A stretch of DNA of 64,000 nt from an uncultured Gammaproteobacteria bacterium (lineage in GTDB: Bacteria > Patescibacteriota > Microgenomatia > Levybacterales > UBA12049): assembly GCA_965230895.1 (NCBI GenBank), contig OZ246394.1:916668-980667 (forward strand). The letters are read 5' to 3'. How positions within the stretch are numbered: the first letter of the stretch is position 1; each line of letters opens with the position of its first letter. The position numbers and the translations under genes were made by a program. Positions 18,628 to 30,481 of the stretch are shown piece after piece. The notes beneath the pieces are model-generated. The model had not been told where the DNA came from. It saw nothing but the letters and a program-made list of their open reading frames with translations, and ran no database searches.

Positions 18628-20220
18628 GTGAAATCAATCATTAACTTCTTCAAAGCAATCGGAAATTTTCTGAATAAATCAGAAGACTATATGGACGATC
18701 GTGTGCGGACAGGATTATTTGTTGATGATATTAAGGAATTGGACCGCGAAGGTAAAGAAAAAATCACAAAGGAAAGTAAAAAAATCTCCAGTAAAATAGA
18801 AAAATCTTCTTCTTTTCAAAAGTTTGTTGCTATTCTTCGTTTCATATGGAAGCTACTTCTAAAAATACCTTTTTTTGAGACTTTTTATATCTTAGTGCGT
18901 ATGATGTTAGTAATCGTATTCAAATACTACGCAATACTTTTTATTACTTTTGCATTTACCTTCCCAACGCTTGTTCTCCTAATGAATTTTTTCGACTCGA
19001 ATGTGGTGTACTTTTTTATTGGATTATTACCTATTGTACTTTGGAATATTTATTGTTTGTCTGCGTTATACATATGTATCCAAAAACGAGAGAAAGGTGA
19101 AAGAATCCAATTGTGGCCTTGCTATGGAGTTGCATTAAAGCAATTAGGTTCAGTAACTTTTATCAGTCTTGCACAACTTGCAGTCTTTATAGAAGTCATG
19201 GTTCTCTATTCAATCGTCCTGCTCTTCTTTAGTTATTTTTTTGATGCTATGGGCTTGCCATGGGGAGATTCTTTCATCTATTGGTTTGTAACCATATTTT
19301 TTGGATTGCTTCTTCTTATTGGTTTATTTATTTTTACAATTATTCTCCATCAGGCATATTTTTCATCCCTTTTCGAAGCTAAAAAGACAAATGAAGCTTT
19401 CCATGCAGGCCTTTACACTGTTAAGACATATGCCTCACCAATAATAGTTTTTTATCTCTTAGTGTATATTCTCGCTTGTGCAATTATATATTGGGCGTCA
19501 CTATACTATTTATATATAGGTTTTGCGCTTAGTATTTACTTATTACTTCATATGAGTATTTTCCTCGGATTTCTCTTACGAAAACATTTTTTTAATACCA
19601 TACCTATTCCATCGAATAAAGTAAGTTCAAAACCTCAACTCACATTTTCTATTCTTATACTATTTGGGTTTATTAACTATATTTTGAGCGCATTTGTCAT
19701 TACAAGCCAGTTCCAATATATTACAAGTTCTATTGAGAAATATAGAGACAACTATTTTCTTACCCGAGAGCTTGTAACATATACCAATGATATCTATAGA
19801 TTTATGATCCAATATCCACAGAACTGGGCAGATTATAAATGGAGAGGTAGTTCTGTAACTTTCTACAATAACTACACTGGGACAGAGACTGGGGGTATCT
19901 GGCTTAATATTTCTGTAACATCATATTCTGACAAGGAGTTCTTGAAACTTTATGAAGCTCGCCCTGGAATTGTTTCTGTGGACGAGACTACTCAGGATGT
20001 AACTACAAAAGTATCAAATATTTCAGTTCAGGGCTATCCTGGGGTCAATTACACATTTTATCATCCGCAAACTCCATACCCACAATATCAGACGCATTAT
20101 ATTATTCATAAAGACCAGTATATTTACAAAATTACGTTTACAACACTAGATAAAGATGTTGAAGGCAATAATACAGACTTGTTCGAAAGAATAGTTGGAT
20201 CTTTCAGATTTATTGAGTAG
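18628..20220 (+). CDS. Polytopic membrane protein (about 10 TM) with a C-terminal soluble domain of about 170 aa; GTG start
   Basis: 530-aa ORF with many hydrophobic helices and a Tyr/Thr-rich C-terminal domain. GGAGA lies 17 nt upstream of GTG. Confidence 0.5.
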   Translation: MKSIINFFKAIGNFLNKSEDYMDDRVRTGLFVDDIKELDREGKEKITKESKKISSKIEKSSSFQKFVAILRFIWKLLLKIPFFETFYILVRMMLVIVFKYYAILFITFAFTFPTLVLLMNFFDSNVVYFFIGLLPIVLWNIYCLSALYICIQKREKGERIQLWPCYGVALKQLGSVTFISLAQLAVFIEVMVLYSIVLLFFSYFFDAMGLPWGDSFIYWFVTIFFGLLLLIGLFIFTIILHQAYFSSLFEAKKTNEAFHAGLYTVKTYASPIIVFYLLVYILACAIIYWASLYYLYIGFALSIYLLLHMSIFLGFLLRKHFFNTIPIPSNKVSSKPQLTFSILILFGFINYILSAFVITSQFQYITSSIEKYRDNYFLTRELVTYTNDIYRFMIQYPQNWADYKWRGSSVTFYNNYTGTETGGIWLNISVTSYSDKEFLKLYEARPGIVSVDETTQDVTTKVSNISVQGYPGVNYTFYHPQTPYPQYQTHYIIHKDQYIYKITFTTLDKDVEGNNTDLFERIVGSFRFIE

Positions 20221-21766
20221 TATATTGAGTCGGATGAACTAGTTTAAATACTTTTACATTTGGAAGTTCCCACTCACCTGCAATTTTCGCATTAGCATCA
20301 AAACCTGAAACTTCATACATAGGGCTACCCAAAGGTTTACATGCTTTATCCTCGCATATTACAAGGAGTTGATCAGTTCTTGTATGTCTTGACGGATCTA
20401 CCTCAGGAGGCTCTATTGTAACAGGCTTTCGACCATACAATTCCAAATAATATCTATATGCATGATCGGAATTACCTGGTGTCGCAAGTGCAAAGTTGTA
20501 TGGCTTATTATCTGTTTTTGAAACAACAAATTCAGCAATACTTTTCACCTGGTCCTTTTGCCTGTTTGGCTCATCTTTGAAAGGATTATCTATAAGGTTT
20601 AGCACAAGAAGTCCAGCAAGCAAAAGTCCAGCAAAATATACACCATAATAAATCTTCCCTTTTTTCAGTTCTGTTATCCGGGAAAAGACGTTTCCAATTA
20701 AGAAGAATGGCACAGGGAATAAGAAAACAAGATAATAATCAAAAATTGGTTTTTTATACAAACCAAACAGAAGGACGCCAATAGTTAACCAAACCCCTAA
20801 CATCATTACTGCAAATTTATTTTTATGCCGAAGTAAAAGAATCAAAGAAATAATTGCAGCAATAATGATACCTAATCCAAGTACTTGCAATTGTATCAGC
20901 GGAAATTGTGTGTAATCTCCAGAGACTGGGAAGTCAAAAATAAGCCTTGCGAAGGTTCTGAAAAATACATCGGCAATAGGTTCATAAAATGCGTTATATG
21001 TAGCATATCCACTCTGCGTCGAGTCAGTAGAAATAAATGAAATAATAGTTTTTATATTGGGGAATCCATGACGCACTTCAAAAGCGAGAAACGGCGCGAA
21101 ACCTACAAGAAATCCGATAAATATTTGCAGGTAGTATTTAATTGTCTGAACTATTTTAATCTTTCCATTTACATACCAATTCATAGCGAAAACAAGGATT
21201 GCTATCGCAACTGCAAGAAAGAGGGAGATATAGTGAAGCTGTACGCAAATACCTAAAAAGACTCCTGTTAATAGGTAATACTTCCAGGAACGCGCGCTTG
21301 TAACAGCTTTAAGGAGCATGTACATTGTAAGTAATGAAAAGAATGGAACAACATTTGGATTCCATGAAGAACGGGAATACTGCAAGACTAAAGGAGACAC
21401 AGCATAAAGTGCTGCTGCAATTAATCCTGTTTTTTCATCAAATAGCTTTCTCCCCATCAGATAGACAATCCAGACGGTTATCGTACCAATAAGACCAACC
21501 ATAATTGCCGGGCCTACTGGATCTAGTTGCCAGAGCCATAAGAAAGGCGCCATCATATAATAATAAATAGGGCCAGTAAAGAAATCTCCAGCAGATGCGC
21601 GAGGACCAAGTAGTGTCAGGTTACCTTCAAGTATTCCTTTTACGACAAGAGCATCACGTCCTTCATCCCCGAGAAAGGTCATATAGTCAGAAACTCTATA
21701 GAGGCGCAGGAACGCTGCAACCAACAGAATAATTATTAAAATTATTATTGATTTATGCTTCCACAT
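20210..21766 (-). CDS. GT-C glycosyltransferase, family 39/83 (ArnT/PMT-like); uses polyprenyl-phosphate sugar
   Basis: About 12 TM, with the first-loop DE motif FLGDEGRD characteristic of ArnT/PMT GT-C enzymes. Confidence 0.7.
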   Translation of the reverse strand: MWKHKSIIILIIILLVAAFLRLYRVSDYMTFLGDEGRDALVVKGILEGNLTLLGPRASAGDFFTGPIYYYMMAPFLWLWQLDPVGPAIMVGLIGTITVWIVYLMGRKLFDEKTGLIAAALYAVSPLVLQYSRSSWNPNVVPFFSLLTMYMLLKAVTSARSWKYYLLTGVFLGICVQLHYISLFLAVAIAILVFAMNWYVNGKIKIVQTIKYYLQIFIGFLVGFAPFLAFEVRHGFPNIKTIISFISTDSTQSGYATYNAFYEPIADVFFRTFARLIFDFPVSGDYTQFPLIQLQVLGLGIIIAAIISLILLLRHKNKFAVMMLGVWLTIGVLLFGLYKKPIFDYYLVFLFPVPFFLIGNVFSRITELKKGKIYYGVYFAGLLLAGLLVLNLIDNPFKDEPNRQKDQVKSIAEFVVSKTDNKPYNFALATPGNSDHAYRYYLELYGRKPVTIEPPEVDPSRHTRTDQLLVICEDKACKPLGSPMYEVSGFDANAKIAGEWELPNVKVFKLVHPTQYTTQ

Positions 21767-22928
21767 GATGTTCTGGTTTTTTCAAATATTGCGTTTTCCA
21801 AATAACTTTATTATAGATAAGATAGTTCATTGGAATAACGAGTAACAAAATGGTTGGGACTAATATAACCATTGATGTCGGAACATTATACCCTAGTATA
21901 TATACGTGTTCACCTAGCGTATGGACAGCGATATACACAACCAGTGTCTGCAGCCCGATCGAACCGAGAGATGCTGCATTGAACTTTACTAAACGCTTAA
22001 AGAAGCTCCCTTGCTCAGAGATTGATTTTGTGTCGCCAAACGTCCAAAGATTGTTGAGGACGAAATTAGATAATATTGCTGCTTCTCCACCAATTGTCGC
22101 TGCGATAAATTGCTCAACTCCGAATCTGTATAAAACATAAACGGTTAAAAACTGAAGGAAAAATCCCGTACCGCCAATAACAAGAAACTTTATGAACCGC
22201 TTTCGTGAATATAAACCTAAGCGTAAAACTACATAAAAAGATTCAAATTGGTCTTTCTGGCTAATCTTGCTTGTCCCTTTCTCTCGCTCCAGAAAAACAA
22301 TTGGAACTTCTTTCACCTTTGCCCCAATTTTTACAAGATCATGGAGAATTTGCATCTTGTAAGCAAAATTATTTGAGAGGAGATTATCTAGGTCAACTTT
22401 TTTAAGTACTGACGTTCTTGTAAGTTTAAACCCTGAAGTCATATCATGAATAGAAAAGTTACCCCATACAACACGCGTAAATAAATTCCCAAAGACACTA
22501 AGAATTTTTCGATCTAAACCCCATTCCTTGGGAATAGAGCCACCTTCAATATACCGGCTTCCAATGACAGCATCAGCACCACCATCCATGGCTTTCACTA
22601 ATCGAGGAATATCATGTGGATTATGCTGAAAATCAGCATCAAATTCCATAACAGCATCAGCACTCATTTTATTCATGGCATGCTTCATCCCTCTTACATA
22701 GGCATACCCTAAACCTTTTTTATCTCCTGACAGTAATGTAATATTTTTCCATTTCTTCATGAACTGTTCTACCTCTTCAGCAGTTCCATCAGGAGATTTA
22801 TCATCAACTACAAGGATATGCATAGAATGATTTTTGATTTGCGGAAAAATTTCTTCTTCAAGAAGTGGGATAAGACGGGAAATATTCACACGCTCATTAT
22901 ACGTGGGTAGAATAATAACAATTTTCAT
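21753..22928 (-). CDS. GT2 polyprenyl-phosphate glycosyltransferase (Ppm1/DPM1/ArnC-like) fused to a C-terminal GtrA-like 4-TM domain
   Basis: IILPTYNE...VVDDKSPDGT GT-A fold with DxD, plus a C-terminal hydrophobic GtrA-like module. Confidence 0.8.
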   Translation of the reverse strand: MKIVIILPTYNERVNISRLIPLLEEEIFPQIKNHSMHILVVDDKSPDGTAEEVEQFMKKWKNITLLSGDKKGLGYAYVRGMKHAMNKMSADAVMEFDADFQHNPHDIPRLVKAMDGGADAVIGSRYIEGGSIPKEWGLDRKILSVFGNLFTRVVWGNFSIHDMTSGFKLTRTSVLKKVDLDNLLSNNFAYKMQILHDLVKIGAKVKEVPIVFLEREKGTSKISQKDQFESFYVVLRLGLYSRKRFIKFLVIGGTGFFLQFLTVYVLYRFGVEQFIAATIGGEAAILSNFVLNNLWTFGDTKSISEQGSFFKRLVKFNAASLGSIGLQTLVVYIAVHTLGEHVYILGYNVPTSMVILVPTILLLVIPMNYLIYNKVIWKTQYLKKPEHHVEA

Positions 22929-23047
22929 GCATTTCGAAAAGCTCGATTTGTCGACGTCATATTAAGTGTAACACAATTTACTTGCATACTAGTATGATAC
23001 TAAAATCCGTAAGCTATTGGAAGAGTTGTAAAATCAAGCTAAGAAGG

Positions 23048-24025
<978 letters not shown>

Positions 24026-24030
24026 CTATT

Positions 24031-24990
24031 CTATACGATATCGCGCCAATAGTCTAGTATCTCTTGCAATGTTTTTTCAAATGAAATTTCAGGATTCCAT
24101 CCCGTTACCTTATTAAATTTACTGTAATCGCACACAATTTCAGGGACGTCAATTGGCCGGAAGCGGGAAGGATCGACTTTTACTTCAACTTTTGCACTAG
24201 AATAGGACAGTAGTTGCTGGAGCATGTCATTTATTTTATGCGACTTCCCTGATCCAATATTATAGACCTCACCTGATACACCTTTCTCTAAAGCAAGCTG
24301 ATATGCTTTCACCATGTCTCGTACATCAGTAAAATCCCGTTTCGCTTCGAGATTACCAACAGAAATTATTGGCTCTCTTTTCTGCTTTTCTATCTCAACA
24401 ATTTGCTTAGCAAAATCCGCAACAACATATCCTTCTTTTTGCCCAGGTCCTATATGGTTGAATGGTCGGACTCGAACAACATCTAATTTATATGCATAAA
24501 AATATTGGAGAGATAAATAGTCTTGCGCAATTTTTGACACAGAATAAGGACTCACGGGCTTTAAAGGCGTTAATTCGTCAATAGGGATATCCATTGGATC
24601 GACAATCCCGTACATTTCGCCTGTAGCAATAGTCAGGAGCCTTGAGGAAGAAAGATCATTATTCTTTAATGCTTCAAGGATATTTAATTCTGCAGTTATA
24701 TTATTAATAATTGTTTCTCGTGGTGCTTTAAAGCTTACTTGCGGAGAAGCTTGTGCAGCTAAATTATATATTTGATCAGGACTTATATCCTGAAGCAATG
24801 ATGAAACTGCATCTGCATCATTGAGATCAAGCTGCCGTAATGAAACTTTTCCATTAAGCTCTTTGAGAGTTTCAAGAGATTTCTCAGATCTATATGTTCC
24901 GATGATTTCGAAGTTGCTAAGGGAGAGAAGATGTTGAGCCAAATGCTGGCCGACAAAACCTGAAATACCAGTTATAAGTACTTTTTTCAT
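24031..24990 (-). CDS. NAD(P)-dependent SDR epimerase/reductase; probably GDP-4-keto-6-deoxy-D-mannose reductase (Rmd) or GDP-fucose synthase-like
   Basis: Rossmann TGISGFVGQHL and YSVSK catalytic pair. It lies immediately downstream of gmd. Confidence 0.6.
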   Translation of the reverse strand: MKKVLITGISGFVGQHLAQHLLSLSNFEIIGTYRSEKSLETLKELNGKVSLRQLDLNDADAVSSLLQDISPDQIYNLAAQASPQVSFKAPRETIINNITAELNILEALKNNDLSSSRLLTIATGEMYGIVDPMDIPIDELTPLKPVSPYSVSKIAQDYLSLQYFYAYKLDVVRVRPFNHIGPGQKEGYVVADFAKQIVEIEKQKREPIISVGNLEAKRDFTDVRDMVKAYQLALEKGVSGEVYNIGSGKSHKINDMLQQLLSYSSAKVEVKVDPSRFRPIDVPEIVCDYSKFNKVTGWNPEISFEKTLQEILDYWRDIV

Positions 24991-26279
24991 TATCTTCCAA
25001 CACCAATATAGTTAAAGCCTAATGCTCGGGCTTTTTCAGGATCATAGAGATTACGAGCGTCTACAATAAGTGGTGACGTAAGCCATTGCTTTACTTCTTC
25101 GAGCTCTAAATCTTTAAACTCATTCCATTCAGTTAAAACTAACATTGCATCAGCATCTTTAAGAGCTTCTTTTGCAGATTTCGCAAATGTTATATCAGGG
25201 ATAACTTTTGCGGCAGTTTCTAACGCTTCAGGATCATACGCAGAGATAACTGCTCCATCATTTTTGAGTAGTTCTACTATATCAATTGCTGGTGCGTCAC
25301 GCATATCATCAGTATTTGCTTTAAATGCTAACCCAAGAACACCGATGCGCTTTCCTCTAAGATCACCCAAAGCATTTCGGACCTTTTTGACAACGTCACG
25401 TTTTGCTTGAGAATTAACTTGCTCTGTTTGGTTAAGCAAACCAAAGTCATAATCATAATCTTTCGCAATGGTGATCAAAGCTCTGACATCCTTCGGGAAA
25501 CAACTACCACCATAACCTGGTCCTGGTGCCAAAAACTTATCTCCAATACGTTTGTCCATACCAATTCCTTCAAGGACTTTGAGACCATCAGCGCCAACAA
25601 GTTCAGATAACTTGGCAATTGCATTTGCGTAGGAGATCTTTAATGCCAAAAATGAATTAGCTGCATATTTAATAAGTTCCGCAGTATCAAAGTCTGTCGA
25701 AACAATTGGAGCATCTACAGGCTTATGTAAATCAGTTAATAATTTCTTCGCCCGTTCACTTTCAGTACCAACAATAACTCTGTCTGGATGCAACGTATCT
25801 GAGATTGCACTTCCTTCACGTAAGAACTCAGGTACTGACGCATAATCAAATTCTGCTCCCTGTGGTTTGTTCTCGTTAATGATTCGGCTCACTTTTCTAT
25901 TGGTTCCTGCTGGAACGGTACTCTTTGTTGCTACCACAGTGTAACCTGATAGATTCTTAGCAATCTTCTCAGCAACACTCAATACACTCTTCAAGTTCGC
26001 ATCTCCCGTCTTTGTCGTTGGAGTTCCAACAGCAATAAAGACCGCATCTGAATCAGGGATAGCTGGTTTATAATCAAGTGTAAAAATAAGCCGCTTTGCT
26101 TTAATATTCTTTTTTACAAGTTCTGTAAGACCTGGCTCATAAAATGGAGCTATACCTTTGTTAAGATTATCAATTTTTTCCTGCGTGTGTCCGATGACAT
26201 AGACTGTATTCCCAAAATCTGCAAAAACAGCTGCTGTTACTAACCCTACATACCCATGTCCAATGAATGTTACTGTCAT
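24990..26279 (-). CDS. Nucleotide-sugar 6-dehydrogenase (UDP-glucose/GDP-mannose dehydrogenase family)
   Basis: N-terminal Rossmann FIGHGYVGLVTAAVFA, catalytic Cys region GGSCFPKD, C-terminal UDPG_MGDP_dh domain. Confidence 0.8.
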   Translation of the reverse strand: MTVTFIGHGYVGLVTAAVFADFGNTVYVIGHTQEKIDNLNKGIAPFYEPGLTELVKKNIKAKRLIFTLDYKPAIPDSDAVFIAVGTPTTKTGDANLKSVLSVAEKIAKNLSGYTVVATKSTVPAGTNRKVSRIINENKPQGAEFDYASVPEFLREGSAISDTLHPDRVIVGTESERAKKLLTDLHKPVDAPIVSTDFDTAELIKYAANSFLALKISYANAIAKLSELVGADGLKVLEGIGMDKRIGDKFLAPGPGYGGSCFPKDVRALITIAKDYDYDFGLLNQTEQVNSQAKRDVVKKVRNALGDLRGKRIGVLGLAFKANTDDMRDAPAIDIVELLKNDGAVISAYDPEALETAAKVIPDITFAKSAKEALKDADAMLVLTEWNEFKDLELEEVKQWLTSPLIVDARNLYDPEKARALGFNYIGVGR

Positions 26280-26281
26280 AA

Positions 26282-27145
26282 TTATTTTAATTCCAAGAGG
26301 CCTTCTTCGAAGGTTTTCATTTGTACTCCAAGTTGCTCTATTTTATCATTATTCATTGTTAAGTCAAATGGTCTTGGCGCTTTGCCTACAAAATATTCTG
26401 CTCGAGTTGTCTTACCAATTAATGAAGTATCATATCCAAAGTTTTTCGCGATTAACATACTCGCATCATATGGAGTAAGGCTCTGACTACCAACCACATG
26501 ATAAATACCGGTCGCGTCATTTCTAAGAAGCGCATCTATCGCAGGAGCGAGATCATCTATAAATGTTGGTGTAAAAATATGATCTGTAATTCCCTTAATT
26601 GGGAGTCCTTGCTCTAATCTCCCTGCAACGGCTCTAACAAAATCTTTCTTCGCCTCAAATTCCTTTCTATATGGATATGCAATTCTCATAATAATATATG
26701 GAATGCCAGCTTTCTTTACAACTTCTTCACCCTTTTCTTTCGTCTCTGCATACCATCCAAGTGGCAATGGCGTATCATCCTCTGTGTAGCCTCCTTCTGG
26801 AGTATTATCACCATTAAATACGAAGTCTGTAGAAATATAAATCATTTTTTTCTTCCCAATTTTGCAGGCAGCTGCCACATTTTGTGTTCCTCCCACATTA
26901 ATTTTATATGCTTGCCCCTCTTCACCTAGAGGTTTATCTTGTTCACAACCATCAACATCAGCTTTTGCTGCAAGATGTAATACTACATCATGATCAGTAT
27001 CTGATTTTATAATTTCCAAACTATCAGGATTGGTTATATCAACTCCACTTGTTAAGCTCAGATCATCAAACTCATATTTATCCCGCAACAGCTCTACAAT
27101 TCTTGAGCCAACTAACCCTGATCCACCTATTGTATATATTTTCAT
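26282..27145 (-). CDS. rmlD: dTDP-4-dehydrorhamnose reductase-like (RmlD family)
   Basis: MKIYTIGGSGLVGSRIVELL with 287 aa length and the RmlD substrate-binding domain pattern. Confidence 0.65.
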   Translation of the reverse strand: MKIYTIGGSGLVGSRIVELLRDKYEFDDLSLTSGVDITNPDSLEIIKSDTDHDVVLHLAAKADVDGCEQDKPLGEEGQAYKINVGGTQNVAAACKIGKKKMIYISTDFVFNGDNTPEGGYTEDDTPLPLGWYAETKEKGEEVVKKAGIPYIIMRIAYPYRKEFEAKKDFVRAVAGRLEQGLPIKGITDHIFTPTFIDDLAPAIDALLRNDATGIYHVVGSQSLTPYDASMLIAKNFGYDTSLIGKTTRAEYFVGKAPRPFDLTMNNDKIEQLGVQMKTFEEGLLELK

Positions 27146-27669
27146 AGTTTTCCTTCTTCCCGCATCTTCTTAAATAATAGCAGAGCGGCTATGTGTGATG
27201 CAGCACGAACTTTCCCTTCCTCAACTTTTTTAATAACTTCATCAAGAGGCATTTTAACAATTGTGATATCTTCATCCTCTTCAAGCGCAGTTTCACCTTC
27301 AGTCAAATCGGTCGCTGCATAAACATGAACTTTGGCGCGCATATTAATATTAAGATCCCAAAGACCTAATGTATGCCACGTCTTTGCTGTGAGACCTGCT
27401 TCTTCTTTTAGCTCTTTCTTTGCTGTTTCTAAAGGTTCTTCGCCTTCTTCAACGTGTCCAGCAACAATCTCTAACGATCTTTCCCCCAGCGCATCACGAA
27501 ATTGAGATTCCATATAAATTTCATTATCCGCTGTGTACGGGATAATTATTGTTACAGCATTACGTTCAATAAAATCCTTTGTAAACGTTCTGCCATCTCG
27601 CTCGATCTGTTCCTGCTGAATTCTAAAGTATTTTGAAGAATAAACTGTTTTGCTTGAAAGTACTTTCAT
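27142..27669 (-). CDS. NUDIX hydrolase (GDP-mannose mannosyl hydrolase / nucleotide-sugar pyrophosphatase-like)
   Basis: NUDIX box GHVEEGEEPLETAKKELKEEAGL. Embedded between rmlD and rmlB. Confidence 0.6.
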   Translation of the reverse strand: MKVLSSKTVYSSKYFRIQQEQIERDGRTFTKDFIERNAVTIIIPYTADNEIYMESQFRDALGERSLEIVAGHVEEGEEPLETAKKELKEEAGLTAKTWHTLGLWDLNINMRAKVHVYAATDLTEGETALEEDEDITIVKMPLDEVIKKVEEGKVRAASHIAALLLFKKMREEGKL

Positions 27670-28679
27670 CTGTCTTCGTATTGTTTCTGATAATATTCTG
27701 CGTATGCACCAGACTTAATTCTTTGCCACCACTCTGGATTATCTCGATACCAGGCAACTGTCTTTTCGAGCCATTCATCAAAACTATGTTGTGGTTCCCA
27801 GCCTAATTCATTTTTGATTTTTGTCCAGTCAACATCATATTTACGATCATGACCTGGACGATCTTTTACATATTCAATTGAACTTTCATCTTTACCTAAG
27901 AGCTTGATGATTTTTCGTGCAATTTCAATATTTGGAGAAAGTTCTGTCATGCCACCAACTAAATATGTCTCCCCAATTTTTCCTTTTTGGAGCACCATAT
28001 CAATTGCACGGCAATGATCTTCTACATATAACCAATCACGGACATAGAGTCCGTCTCCGTAAATTGGAACTTTCTTCCCTTCAAGTAAATTGGTAATGGT
28101 CAATGGGATGAACTTTTCTGGGAATTGATAAGGACCGAAATTGTTTGAACAATTGGTAATCGTCACTGGCAAACCAAAGGCAATATTATATGCTCGAACT
28201 AAATGATCTGAACCAGCCTTACTTGCGGGATACACACTTCGAGGTTCATAATTGGTTGTTTCTGTAAATTTCCTTTTATCTTCGAGTGCTATATGTCCAA
28301 ATACCTCATCAGTTCCTATATGGTGGAATCGTTTCACTTGGTTTTCCAAAGCTGCATCGAGAAGGACTTGCGTACCAACAACGTTTGTCAGGACTGTAGT
28401 CAACCGATCCATATTTGCACGGTCATTATGACTTTCAGCTGCGAAATGAACGACAGTATCAATTCCTTGCATCGCAGCGTTTACTGCGTCAGGATCACTG
28501 ATATCTCCTTGTATAAAAGAATAGTTTTCGTTGTTTTCAACAGATTTGAGATTTTCTAAGTTTCCAGCGTACGTTAATTTATCGAAGTTAACTATGTGGT
28601 CTTCCGGATGATTTTTCATCCAGTAAAGAATAAAATTAGAACCAATAAATCCGGCACCGCCGGTCACGAGTAATTTCAT
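27666..28679 (-). CDS. rmlB: dTDP-glucose 4,6-dehydratase
   Basis: MKLLVTGGAGFIGSNF, YxxxK, 337 aa, close RfbB-like pattern. Confidence 0.85.
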   Translation of the reverse strand: MKLLVTGGAGFIGSNFILYWMKNHPEDHIVNFDKLTYAGNLENLKSVENNENYSFIQGDISDPDAVNAAMQGIDTVVHFAAESHNDRANMDRLTTVLTNVVGTQVLLDAALENQVKRFHHIGTDEVFGHIALEDKRKFTETTNYEPRSVYPASKAGSDHLVRAYNIAFGLPVTITNCSNNFGPYQFPEKFIPLTITNLLEGKKVPIYGDGLYVRDWLYVEDHCRAIDMVLQKGKIGETYLVGGMTELSPNIEIARKIIKLLGKDESSIEYVKDRPGHDRKYDVDWTKIKNELGWEPQHSFDEWLEKTVAWYRDNPEWWQRIKSGAYAEYYQKQYEDR

Positions 28680-28689
28680 ATGAGACAGA

Positions 28690-29430
28690 TTATTTAAGTT
28701 CGCCGGATTTTACTTTTTCCTGAACCAAAACATTTGCGCGGATGAGCTCATCATAGGAGGTCCCAGCATCAATCCACCAATCAATTAATTCAAATGACAT
28801 TGTACCTTCTTTAACATAAAAATTGTTAAGATCGGTAACTTCAAGTTCCCCTCGAGCTGATGGAGATAATCCTTTAATAAAATCAAAAACTCGACTATCA
28901 TACATATAAATGCCTGTCTGGGCATAATCTGACTTAGGAAATTCAGGTTTTTCTTCAATAGAAAGTACTTTACCGCTTTCATCAGTTTCAATTACACCGT
29001 ATTGCTTCGATTCTGTTGGCATACTAATGCCAAATATTTTTGCACCTTTTTCTTTTGCTTCCATCTCTTCAACTGATTTTTTGAGATTGTGTCCAAAGAT
29101 ATTGTCTCCGAGAAGTACGGTGATTTTTTCTCCACGAGCGAATTCATCCGCAAGCATCATTGCATCAGCGATACCACCTTTTGGATTCTTTTGCACTGCA
29201 TAATAAAGTTTCAGTCCAAACTCTTCACCCGCACCGAGAAGACTTGCGAAATGCCCTGCGTGATCTGCTGAAGATGTAAGAAGAACTTCCTTAATGCCTG
29301 CTTTTGCCATTGCCTCAAGCGGATAGTAAATCATCGGCTTGTTGTAGATAGGAAGGAGATGCTTATTGGTTACGTATGTAAGTGGACGGAGTCTTGTTGC
29401 CAAACCTCCAGCTAAAATAACACCTTTCAT
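28690..29430 (-). CDS. rmlA: Glucose-1-phosphate thymidylyltransferase-like sugar nucleotidyltransferase (short RmlA form)
   Basis: MKGVILAGGLATRLRPLT...KPM signature of NTP_transferase. Confidence 0.7.
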   Translation of the reverse strand: MKGVILAGGLATRLRPLTYVTNKHLLPIYNKPMIYYPLEAMAKAGIKEVLLTSSADHAGHFASLLGAGEEFGLKLYYAVQKNPKGGIADAMMLADEFARGEKITVLLGDNIFGHNLKKSVEEMEAKEKGAKIFGISMPTESKQYGVIETDESGKVLSIEEKPEFPKSDYAQTGIYMYDSRVFDFIKGLSPSARGELEVTDLNNFYVKEGTMSFELIDWWIDAGTSYDELIRANVLVQEKVKSGELK

Positions 29431-29477
29431 AGATTACTTGTCATTATACTACAAGAGTTTCACTTTCTCAAAGTGAA

Positions 29478-30413
29478 TTAATTTTGCACTTTTAATCGTG
29501 ATAACGCTCTTTTTTGCATAAGATCAATTCCTTTAAAAATTCCCCACTGTACTAAAGCAGGATATTTATCATGATAATTCTTTTTATAAAAAATTCTCAT
29601 TGCATCAAACCGCCAACCCTGTGCTCGCCTTTTTCCTTCAACATTTGCGGTTGTGACATTTTGTGAGGCTGCTTTTATGCCACTTGATGCTCCACCGATA
29701 TGCATGATTTGCACTTCTCCAACATAATAAATGTTATATCCAAGCTTTTGAATGTCATAACAGAATTGTAAATCTTCACCATAGAAGAAGTAATCATCAT
29801 CCCACCAGCCGACTTTCTCTCCTACTTCTCGACGAACCATCATAAAGGCACCCTCCAAAGCATCAATTTTATGTGTTGTATTTAGATCCTTCCATCCTTG
29901 CGTGTATCCAGCAAATAACCGGCTTTTAGGAAATTTCCGTTGCAAGCCTGAAAAAAAAGTGAATGCATTCCAAGGAGTCGGGAAACCTCTATGACAATTA
30001 AAATCCATATCGCCATGCTTATTCATTAATTTACAAGTCGCTGCGCCAGCGTCAGGATGAGAATCCATAAATTGCAACAAATACGTTAAAGTTTTAGGGT
30101 AAACGATTGTGTCCGGATTAAGAAAGAGAATGTATCTTCCTTTTGCATAAGGTAACCCTTTATTATTACCGGCAGCAAATCCTATATTACCGCCATTATC
30201 AACAGGATGAAATGATTTTATTTTTGTATGTTTTCTATATTCCTTAAAAGCCTGGAAGGATCCATCAGGAGATTGATTATCTGTTACGATTACTTCAAAA
30301 TTTCCTGATGAAACATCTTTGGGGTAATTTTTCTCAATTGATTTAATTGCGTCAAGAGTTATGTCTTTTGTGTTGTACGAAAGAATTATTATGGATAAAT
30401 CAACTTGAGCCAT
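29478..30413 (-). CDS. Glycosyltransferase family 2
   Basis: IIILSYNTKD...VIVTDNQSPD GT-A/DxD pattern. Confidence 0.7.
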   Translation of the reverse strand: MAQVDLSIIILSYNTKDITLDAIKSIEKNYPKDVSSGNFEVIVTDNQSPDGSFQAFKEYRKHTKIKSFHPVDNGGNIGFAAGNNKGLPYAKGRYILFLNPDTIVYPKTLTYLLQFMDSHPDAGAATCKLMNKHGDMDFNCHRGFPTPWNAFTFFSGLQRKFPKSRLFAGYTQGWKDLNTTHKIDALEGAFMMVRREVGEKVGWWDDDYFFYGEDLQFCYDIQKLGYNIYYVGEVQIMHIGGASSGIKAASQNVTTANVEGKRRAQGWRFDAMRIFYKKNYHDKYPALVQWGIFKGIDLMQKRALSRLKVQN

Positions 30414-30481
30414 ATCAAGATCATTATATACAGATTAGTCTTAAATGAACAGCTTCAGGGTAATTAGTATATAATAGACAT